From contig CAYRWA010000058.1 in assembly GCA_964427915.1 (NCBI GenBank), positions 40,199 to 104,198 of the forward strand: DNA of 64,000 nucleotides. The letters are read 5' to 3'. Each line of letters begins with the position of its first letter. Within the stretch, counting starts at the first letter, position 1. Below the pieces are notes generated by a model, which had not been told where the DNA came from, ran no database searches, and saw only the letters and a program-made list of their open reading frames with translations. This document shows, piece after piece, positions 40,601 through 47,525 of the stretch. This DNA comes from an uncultured Caldisericota bacterium. GTDB taxonomy: Bacteria > Caldisericota > Caldisericia > UBA6126. A program made the position numbers and the translations under genes.

Positions 40601-41309
40601 GGACGCAATCACGAAGAAAATTGAACGAATCACCTTGCACAACCAATATTCTTATGTAGACGATATGGAGCCATCTGCCTCGTCTTTCCAGATACAAAAT
40701 GAATACAATAAAGAATATGCAAGCGAACTACAAGAAGTGACTGGACAATCCAATGACGGAATGAAAATTAGTATAGGTGGAGAATCTCCTCTGGGTAATT
40801 TAATCTCAGACGTAATGCGTGACACTATGGAAAAAGATGGTGCACAAGTAGCATGCATTACTCCTAACCTTATTAAGGCCAATATTAATGCAGGCGATAT
40901 TACAGCTGAAGAAATATATGCTGTTCTACCCAAAGACGAAGATTTAGTTTTGATAGAAATGCTAGGAGAAGACCTTTTAATGGTATTTGAGCATGGATGT
41001 ACTTTTAGTGCCGGTATGGTACAAGTTTCAGGCGCACGATTTGCATACGATAACCTACGATTTTTATACGATCGTATCGTTGAATGTACAATTGATGATG
41101 TAGGAGAGCTTATCTATGAAGATACCTACACAGTAGTAACTACTGAATCTATGCGAAGAGGACTTGATGGATACGAATGGTTTGCCAATGGCAATGTTGT
41201 TAAGTATTACGACAAGACACTTCGCGAAAGCTTATTTGACTATATCAGATTACACGGCACTGTCGATCGTGGAATCGAAGATCGCATAACGTTAGTTTAC
41301 ACTGGTTAA
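37644..41309 (+). CDS. SLH-anchored surface protein with two 5'-nucleotidase/UshA-like modules flanking three internal SLH repeats
   Basis: GTG start 5 nt after GGAGG, then a signal peptide. Module 1 covers about 37644-39290, the SLH triplet about 39295-39860 (WYVVPDYLDHW..., FKDVKTTDWFYGIVEGA..., DWQSISNLALPYMIYAY...), and module 2 about 39860-41309. By my alignment from memory the metallophosphatase ligand motifs are substituted in both modules. Confidence 0.7.
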   Translation: MLKKIKRILSVTLTFLMACGIVFVNMPNTSALDIFPFVVLSTGNVRGQLTPFEYGPNFNEGGLSKIATVAKQIRQETDDREGYHMLIDAGNTLFGSDLATYYTQKPIAGKPHPVVAVMNELAYDAAGYTSLDFSMPPQIRDARKRESDFTWVCTNAYRSGSLYASDHRMLVYDVPNSAHVLKIAIISLPDPSRENAIPPENISGLEFYDPIEEVVRSSDVLKEIERADFIILLTDMKWEKDPEKRENTFLNELLFRSRIDICITASDDPIPGEQVVYPDSDEFPEHDVLISSPGRYGLGLTRVELMLEKCKCPVKPYEVMKKENGNRMITGKVVKIGQAIDEDPEIRQLIDTYAKNASNTFDEMVGTASQTFTFSGSTYRPTSLANLMLDTMADITGTPLAMNQPSELLHNLNKGPLTYGDVYSIVASEDTIYKVALPGQTIKDMLEDVGNSLAFGTESAGISTRGFSYKIDLREPSGQKVSDLKVLGQPINLTTSYDVAVTASLVAGSGRPDSLANVSIKENSRKTVRRALIDAFYDLPNNTIAPVTSGSWYVVPDYLDHWGNEPISFLVDKGVIKGYTDGSFQPNNQITRAEYTTVVLNAYDIPQLKPKTPSFKDVKTTDWFYGIVEGAFAKNMIPFATNELFMPNKPITRQEAMIELVIAYRDNPEPPTMSNESITLFKDKVKDWQSISNLALPYMIYAYENNLITGYSDGTIRPEKSISRAETATIVFRAHYPVIMIGSTGNVANEIRSLYRDPNEDRPIGGFASVASYFDELSKRNPNFMAIDAGNFLMGSSLSYLTKGEYVVKQYEPMNYGAIGLSDEDFFYGFEYLDLINKYIDIVAADIYNNETGEPLYKDSITHELSGIKIGITGVTGFSIEKPYIHPEVKAAIEIKDSVESANKILSSLVDEGSNITVLTVGMDSRVNLDNELSPVLVQFIDQLNPKPSFIIALNGEFGYTFHHDGIPVIAAGKYGNSLGQTKIIMDAITKKIERITLHNQYSYVDDMEPSASSFQIQNEYNKEYASELQEVTGQSNDGMKISIGGESPLGNLISDVMRDTMEKDGAQVACITPNLIKANINAGDITAEEIYAVLPKDEDLVLIEMLGEDLLMVFEHGCTFSAGMVQVSGARFAYDNLRFLYDRIVECTIDDVGELIYEDTYTVVTTESMRRGLDGYEWFANGNVVKYYDKTLRESLFDYIRLHGTVDRGIEDRITLVYTG

Positions 41310-41325
41310 TGTTTTAGGAGGTATC

Positions 41326-42357
41326 ATGAAAAGCATGATAAAACACTTTTTTGTTCTCTTTCTCGTTGTTGCTGTTGGATCTGCCTTGTTAATGGGGTGC
41401 GGTGGTAACGGTACAGACAATGGTGCTGTTGACAATGGAGGAACTTCACAAAATGAAACTCCAGGGGAAAAACCAGAAGATGTAACCGATACCATTGTTG
41501 ACTGTCATTTTGTCGATGCACAGCCTAGCATTGATGGTTCTGGCGATGAAGAAGTTTGGATGAACATTGAGCCAACCACTGTTGAACTTGAGAGTGGAAT
41601 GTGGGTTGATGTAAAGACTTATTACGACAACGATAATATTTATTTCCTGTATGACTGGATTTCTGACATGACAATGACTGCAGAGGACTCTACTGCTGGT
41701 TTTTGGAAAAAAGATGCAGAAGGTAATTGGACTTGGGACTCAAAAATGGATACATTGTCCATTGTTTGGGATTTAAGCGATATTCCAGGTTTTTTAGATA
41801 CCGGTTGTACACCACTTTGTCATGATCAATCCAATATTGTTGACAATCGATATATGGCCACAGAGATACCTGGAGATATTGTTGAATTATGGGTTTGGAG
41901 CCCTGCTGTAAGTGGTATGAAAAACATTATGGCGTCCTATATTCTAACAGATATACCAGCAGGCACCGATACAGAGGACCCAGATTTTGACAATAAAATT
42001 GCTTGGGAAAAGTTGCCAGGTGAATATGGATTTTTCTATAACCGTGATGCCAATGAGAAAAAACCAGCAGAAGGTGGAGAAGGTGCACCGCTGTATATTA
42101 TTACAGAGAACAATCCTTCAGGCGAAGCTGCCTTAGTTCAGGCTGTTGGTAGATTTGATTTTGGTGGTTATATCCTAGAAGTTGCCCGTCCAAGAAACCC
42201 TTCTAACCGGGACTTGGTACATTTTGAAGTAAGTGATAATGGATATGCCGATTTCTTTTTTGCTATGGCAATGCATAGCTTGGACGAACGTGAAAATCAC
42301 AAAACTCAAGAATCTGCTGCTACACTACGTATGATTGGAAAAAGTGTTGCTGAATAA
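41326..42357 (+). CDS. Lipoprotein with a DOMON/CBM9-like (ethylbenzene-dehydrogenase-type, possibly heme-binding) domain
   Basis: Lipobox LLMGC, Gly/Asn-rich linker, then DAQPSIDGSGDEEVW... which is typical of a CBM9/DOMON-like start. The assignment is tentative. Confidence 0.45.
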   Translation: MKSMIKHFFVLFLVVAVGSALLMGCGGNGTDNGAVDNGGTSQNETPGEKPEDVTDTIVDCHFVDAQPSIDGSGDEEVWMNIEPTTVELESGMWVDVKTYYDNDNIYFLYDWISDMTMTAEDSTAGFWKKDAEGNWTWDSKMDTLSIVWDLSDIPGFLDTGCTPLCHDQSNIVDNRYMATEIPGDIVELWVWSPAVSGMKNIMASYILTDIPAGTDTEDPDFDNKIAWEKLPGEYGFFYNRDANEKKPAEGGEGAPLYIITENNPSGEAALVQAVGRFDFGGYILEVARPRNPSNRDLVHFEVSDNGYADFFFAMAMHSLDERENHKTQESAATLRMIGKSVAE

Positions 42358-42372
42358 CCTAGGAGTGTATTT

Positions 42373-43755
42373 ATGAATTTTAAGAAAGTTTTATCATTTT
42401 TTGTTGTAGCTTTATTATTGAGCAGCATACAGTTGATCCCTGGAACCATTAGTTCTACAACTGAAGCTGCCTCGCCTGACAAGATTGGCATTTATACCAA
42501 TTCTTTTGGGTACTATGTTTATGTTACTGACCCCATTCAAAATCGTGTATTGAAATACGCTACTGAAGGCACTTATTTGTCAGTAATTATCCCTACCGTT
42601 TCAACCCATACATCAGGTGAAAAATGGGTCATTAAAAAGTGTGTTGCTGTCGTAACATGCCGCCTTACAGATGTAATTGGAATCGCCGATGCTCTTACAG
42701 GACATTCCTTTATTTATGAGCTAAATGGCCATACCCACCACAAGAACGGCGAAATGGGAACAGGTCCAGGTAAGCTCACAGAAATGTGGGCCGTTGCCAT
42801 GACCGAGATTGATGAAATTAAATCGCAAGCTTTGCTTGACAAAAGGCAGAGTAAAGTTTCTCACTGGACTCCACCACCTGGTGGAATAAAAGATCCGCGA
42901 GATGGTACATTTGTACGAGATTTCGGAAACACCGGCGCTGCCAATGAAAAACTGAAAAACCCTGAAGGCATGGTTTATGCAAAGGATACCACCTTACTCG
43001 TTGCTGACACTGGCAATAAACGCGTTGCCATTTATGACTTAAAAGGCCGTTTTGTCCGAGAAATCAAAGGTTCATTTGGTGATATCTGTGATGTTGGAGT
43101 TGACTTTTTAGCCTCTCAAGGTAACAAGATTTATATTCTTGATCGTGGTGCAAAAAAGGTTCATGTATATTCTCCCGACTATAAGTTTGTAAAATCCATC
43201 AATTTGCCTGGTATTAATAAAGCATCTGCACTCACAATAGATACGGACAACTTTGTATGGGTAACCGATATTGCTCAAAATAAAGTGTTTAAGTATGATC
43301 AATCTGGAAAACAAATGCTTGTAATCAACAATGCCATTAACCCTCCCAATATCACTAGACAAATTGTTCGAGTCTATATTAAGAAATACATCATGATGGT
43401 TAATGATGATATTAAAAGATTAGATGCTCCTCCCTATATTGATAGGGGAAGAACAATGGTACCTCTTCGTGCTATTTCAGAAGGTTTAGGTGCTGATGTT
43501 GATTGGGATGGAAACGAACAAAAAGTTACTGTGATACTTGGAAGTAATACTGTTGAAATTTGGATTGGAAAAACCACAGGTAGAATTAATGGTAAACCAT
43601 ACCAAATACCAGATGGTGTTGCACCTGTTATAGTAAGAGGTAGAACTTTTGTACCTATTCGTTTTGTTGCTGAAGCATTAGATTGTTACGTTGGATGGAA
43701 TCCTAAAGATCTCCGTTATAGCGCCTCAGCAGTAACCGTCTATTATCCTAAATAG
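42373..43755 (+). CDS. Secreted NHL-repeat protein with a C-terminal copper-amine-oxidase N-terminal-like domain
   Basis: NHL repeats (LLVADTGNKRVAIYD, IYILDRGAKKVHVY, VWVTDIAQNKVFKYD). C-terminal domain MVPLRAISEGLGADVDWDG...TFVPIRFVAEALDCYVGWN. Confidence 0.65.
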   Translation: MNFKKVLSFFVVALLLSSIQLIPGTISSTTEAASPDKIGIYTNSFGYYVYVTDPIQNRVLKYATEGTYLSVIIPTVSTHTSGEKWVIKKCVAVVTCRLTDVIGIADALTGHSFIYELNGHTHHKNGEMGTGPGKLTEMWAVAMTEIDEIKSQALLDKRQSKVSHWTPPPGGIKDPRDGTFVRDFGNTGAANEKLKNPEGMVYAKDTTLLVADTGNKRVAIYDLKGRFVREIKGSFGDICDVGVDFLASQGNKIYILDRGAKKVHVYSPDYKFVKSINLPGINKASALTIDTDNFVWVTDIAQNKVFKYDQSGKQMLVINNAINPPNITRQIVRVYIKKYIMMVNDDIKRLDAPPYIDRGRTMVPLRAISEGLGADVDWDGNEQKVTVILGSNTVEIWIGKTTGRINGKPYQIPDGVAPVIVRGRTFVPIRFVAEALDCYVGWNPKDLRYSASAVTVYYPK

Positions 43756-43768
43756 AATTGTGTAAAGA

Positions 43769-43798
43769 AAGAGCCCCCTTCTTCGGGGGCTCTTTTAC
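43769..43798 (+). terminator. Rho-independent terminator
   Basis: GAGCCCCC-ttcttc-GGGGGCTC followed by a T-run. Confidence 0.8.
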
Positions 43799-43804
43799 AT
43801 CAAA

Positions 43805-44500
43805 ATGAAAAAAAACACATCCAAAAAAATTAGCAACGTGATTCATGTTCTCGCTATTGTTTTGTTTTTAACATTTGTTTTCTTTGTTTACCGCAAGAAT
43901 TTAACCCAGTATATCATTCACAAAAACACACCCAACGTTATTATGGACGAAAGCACTGTCCAGGATAATGTGCTTCGTGCTTATGAGAAAACCGTGTTAA
44001 ACCCAGAGCATGAAGCTACTTGGTTTCAACAAAAAGCTTTTTCTTTAGTTAATTATTTGTCTTCTTCCCGTTTTACCTCCAAAATGATTACATATATCCA
44101 TTCCCATCAAGATTGGGTTATGGATTGTTCAGAATGCGCTCTTGGAGGTAGTTGTGACGATCTTGAAAAAGAACAATATTTTTATCCAATTAGTATTGAC
44201 TATGATTCTCTGCAAACATTGCAAGATAGATATGAAAATGTATTTATTATTGATGTACGACCAACTACACTTTGGGAAAATGGTCACATACCAAATTCTG
44301 TTACCGTGCCATTAACAGATGTTGTTCCTTACTTGTTTCCAATGAATCGCTGGCACGAGATTGTTATTGTTGGAGATAATTATCTTGAAACAAAAATTGC
44401 AGGCGAAGCACTTATTCAGTTAAATTTTCATAGAGTATATCGGCTTATACAACCTGTAAGTAATTATCCAGGAGAATTGGAACGCATTGATGGAAACTAA
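43805..44500 (+). CDS. Membrane-anchored rhodanese-homology-domain protein (catalytic Cys replaced)
   Basis: N-terminal TM; rhodanese fold (DVRPTTLWENGHIPNSVTVP); the active-site loop IVIVGDNYLETKIAG lacks Cys. Confidence 0.6.
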   Translation: MKKNTSKKISNVIHVLAIVLFLTFVFFVYRKNLTQYIIHKNTPNVIMDESTVQDNVLRAYEKTVLNPEHEATWFQQKAFSLVNYLSSSRFTSKMITYIHSHQDWVMDCSECALGGSCDDLEKEQYFYPISIDYDSLQTLQDRYENVFIIDVRPTTLWENGHIPNSVTVPLTDVVPYLFPMNRWHEIVIVGDNYLETKIAGEALIQLNFHRVYRLIQPVSNYPGELERIDGN

Positions 44501-45098
44501 AGATATAACTTTGGTTGGTGTTGTAAGTGCCGTCGGAGCAATTTTTTACCTTGCAACAGCTCCCTTTATAGAAACAACTGTTCCTGTTATAGGTTGCGTC
44601 ATCCGTCCTATTCTTTTTGTGTCCTTTATAATGAGCCGTTTTCATTTTGACATGAAAAAGCTTCTTTGGGTTGCAATACTAAGCACTTTCCTTTATTCCT
44701 TGATTATCCCTTGCTTTATTAATTATGTTTCTCTTCCAGTAAGTATTCTTTATGTACTTATTGTGGCAGGCTTACGCACAAAACTTAATGCATTCTGGCT
44801 TACCCTTATTGGTACCGTTGCTGCATTTATTGGACTTCTTATTTTCACCTACATTTTCGCAACCAATGCAAATGAGTGGCTCTTGTACCTGAAATATTTC
44901 TTTCCCATTTTGATTTTAGGTTCTATTGTTGGTGCACTACGTCAAAAGTATGGGAAATTTAGTTGTGTTGGATGTGATCTTTGTAACAAACCAAACGCAG
45001 AAATTTATTTCGAGAAACAGAAAAAATTGAAAGAACAAAAAATTGAAACTAAATCCACAAAAAACGATATACCTGATACAAAAAACAAGTCAGAATGA
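44487..45098 (+). CDS. Polytopic membrane protein with a cytoplasmic CVGCDLC tail
   Basis: 4-5 TM; overlaps the upstream gene by 14 nt; C-terminal CxxCxxC. Confidence 0.5.
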   Translation: MMETKDITLVGVVSAVGAIFYLATAPFIETTVPVIGCVIRPILFVSFIMSRFHFDMKKLLWVAILSTFLYSLIIPCFINYVSLPVSILYVLIVAGLRTKLNAFWLTLIGTVAAFIGLLIFTYIFATNANEWLLYLKYFFPILILGSIVGALRQKYGKFSCVGCDLCNKPNAEIYFEKQKKLKEQKIETKSTKNDIPDTKNKSE

Positions 45099-45111
45099 AG
45101 GATGAACACAA

Positions 45112-46032
45112 ATGAAAATAAAATTAATCTTATATAGTATTGTTTTTTTACTATTTTTTTCCGTACTTCCTGTTTTTTCGAAGGAAAACGAGACACGTTT
45201 TACCTGCGATTTAACCTTCTTTAAAAACAAATATGTCTTTAAGATTTTGGGTCATCCTGTAGAGCTACCTGTCAAGGTGTATGTTGATCAAATGCACGAT
45301 TCTTTTATGATACCCTTGCGATTTATAGCTACATCTTTACGCTACGATGTTGAATGGAATTCCGAAGAATCCGTTGCATCATTTTTTTCCACATGGAATG
45401 AATTTTCTATTAAAATTCGCAACGAAGATTCCCTGCAAGTTCTTTCTTCATCTTTGCCAATTTCTCATTTTAGCCTGAAACATGATCGCATATATGCTGA
45501 TGCATCCACTGTTGCTACTCTTTTTGATATCGCAATCATGGAATCGTATGATCCAAATGCCATCTCTTTTTTAACGTTACGAGAACGCATTTATATCGAA
45601 GCTCCAAACTTTGTACTCAACGATACAGAAGGAAATCGTTTCGATTTGTACAAAGAACTTGAAAAACCTGAAAATGAATTTTTTGTTCTAAACTTTTATG
45701 CAACTCGTTGTCCCTTTTGCCTAAAAGCCCTTCCTTTGCTTGTTGATCTTGAAGAAGACTACGCTCATAAGAATGTTTCTGTGATTGGCATTAATACCGA
45801 TACTGCAGGCCAAGAAGAAGACCGCGATGAAAAACTAGAGAAATATGGCGTGCAATACAGGGTTGTTCAAGATATCATCAACACGATATATGATCGATAC
45901 CATGTAGCGGGTGTACCAAATTTTTATGTGGTAAATCAGGATCATGAAATTGTATATCATAGCCTTGTTGCCGACGAAGAACAAATACAATTGTTACGAC
46001 AATGGCTTGATCTACATTTGAAAAACGAATAG
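45112..46032 (+). CDS. Secreted thiol:disulfide oxidoreductase (TlpA/ResA-like) with an N-terminal CuAO-N-like domain
   Basis: Signal peptide; thioredoxin fold with FVLNFYATRCPFCLKALP (CxxC). Confidence 0.7.
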   Translation: MKIKLILYSIVFLLFFSVLPVFSKENETRFTCDLTFFKNKYVFKILGHPVELPVKVYVDQMHDSFMIPLRFIATSLRYDVEWNSEESVASFFSTWNEFSIKIRNEDSLQVLSSSLPISHFSLKHDRIYADASTVATLFDIAIMESYDPNAISFLTLRERIYIEAPNFVLNDTEGNRFDLYKELEKPENEFFVLNFYATRCPFCLKALPLLVDLEEDYAHKNVSVIGINTDTAGQEEDRDEKLEKYGVQYRVVQDIINTIYDRYHVAGVPNFYVVNQDHEIVYHSLVADEEQIQLLRQWLDLHLKNE

Positions 46033-46051
46033 AAAAGCTTTACAAACAGTA

Positions 46052-46534
46052 TTGGAGGTTACTATGTTAAAGGAAAAAATTAAAGACGACTTTATGCAAG
46101 CATACAAGGCGAAAGATACTTTAAAAGCGGAAACCTTAAAAATGCTTAAGGCAGCTATTCAATATAAAGAAATTGATTTGAAATCCGAAAACAAAGAAAT
46201 AACCGATCAAGATGTTCTTGCTATTTTAAAGCTCGAGGAAAAAAAACACAAAGAATCTATATCACAGTATATCTCTGCTGGTCGCAAAGAAGCAGCAGAA
46301 AAAGAAGAGCAAGAAATGAAAGTTATTCAAGAATATCTTCCTCAAATGATGTCCTATGATGATGTATATACGGCTGTTACATCCATTTTTAAAAAGGTAG
46401 AAGATAGTACGTCCTTATCGTTTGGATTGATGATGAAAGAAGCGATGTCTGTTTTGAAAGATAAAGCCGATAGTAGTGATATCAAAAAAGCTGTTGATGA
46501 ATTTGTAGAAGAAACTAAAAATGCAAAGAAATAA
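46052..46534 (+). CDS. GatB/YqeY domain protein
   Basis: YqeY-like K/E-rich helical protein; possible start at 46064 (MLKEK). Confidence 0.6.
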   Translation: MEVTMLKEKIKDDFMQAYKAKDTLKAETLKMLKAAIQYKEIDLKSENKEITDQDVLAILKLEEKKHKESISQYISAGRKEAAEKEEQEMKVIQEYLPQMMSYDDVYTAVTSIFKKVEDSTSLSFGLMMKEAMSVLKDKADSSDIKKAVDEFVEETKNAKK

Positions 46535-47444
46535 CCTTACATGGTGTTTTGTCTGAATAGTAAGGATTGATTGCTTTAATTCCACCTTTTAATGTATAGA
46601 CCCCTTCTTTATGTGTGTGGCCAAAGATTACTTTGCGTAGTTTTGGATGAGAGATTACAAAATCCCCTAGAAACTTAGACCCACGATATGCATTGTTAAA
46701 TTCCTCCTGGTATGAAGAATACCGAAAGATGCATTCCTCAAAAAGTGCATGATGACTCATAAAAACAAGATGATCTATTAAATTGTAAGAGTCCTGAAAG
46801 TGTTTGTTAATGGTTTTGTAACATGTTTTGCAAAAAGCAGCATCACTTAAGCCATTGGGCCATTTAATATAGTACAAATCATTCCAAACACTTATTCTAG
46901 AAGGATTCTTCTGTTCATCGATGGCCCAGAGCTCCTTGCTTGAAAGGTCAGCATAGTTCATTTCTGGCCAGGTAAACTCTTGATTCGTTTCCCGACGAAT
47001 AAAAGTTAACTCTTTTGAAACAGCGGGTTGCTTTTTGGAATGAAAAGAAAAATCGTACCAACCAATATTCCCTACAAATCCAATTCGATCTACGATGTAG
47101 GGGTTTTGATCCAAATAATGAAAACCATTGTCTTTGCAGATTTTTGGAAGGATTTTATGATATATTTCATACGAATTCAGCATTTTGGATGGATTTTCAT
47201 TGCTACTTTGGGCCCAAATGTCATGGTTCCCAGCTATAAATAGCTTTGGTATGGATATAGAAGAGAATAATGAAAAAAACTCATTCATTTTTGAAAGGTC
47301 CTGCGAAACGTCACCAACTATTGCAAAAATGTATTGTTCTGTTGGATTGGATTCAATGTATTTAGATACAATTGTGGGGAGTGTAGTGCAAGAAACACTT
47401 CTATCTTTTTCAATATGTAAATCAGAAGTAACAAGTAATTTCAT
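46515..47444 (-). CDS. Calcineurin-like metallophosphoesterase
   Basis: Start moved to MKLLVTSDLHIE (47444); motifs GD and IAGNHD. Confidence 0.7.
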   Translation of the reverse strand: MKLLVTSDLHIEKDRSVSCTTLPTIVSKYIESNPTEQYIFAIVGDVSQDLSKMNEFFSLFSSISIPKLFIAGNHDIWAQSSNENPSKMLNSYEIYHKILPKICKDNGFHYLDQNPYIVDRIGFVGNIGWYDFSFHSKKQPAVSKELTFIRRETNQEFTWPEMNYADLSSKELWAIDEQKNPSRISVWNDLYYIKWPNGLSDAAFCKTCYKTINKHFQDSYNLIDHLVFMSHHALFEECIFRYSSYQEEFNNAYRGSKFLGDFVISHPKLRKVIFGHTHKEGVYTLKGGIKAINPYYSDKTPCKVISLHF

Positions 47445-47525
47445 ATGCTTGTCATATCTCCTACTGATAGTTATTGGAAAAATGTTACAATGTATATCAT
47501 ACCACAAAAAGCGAGGAACCGTAAG

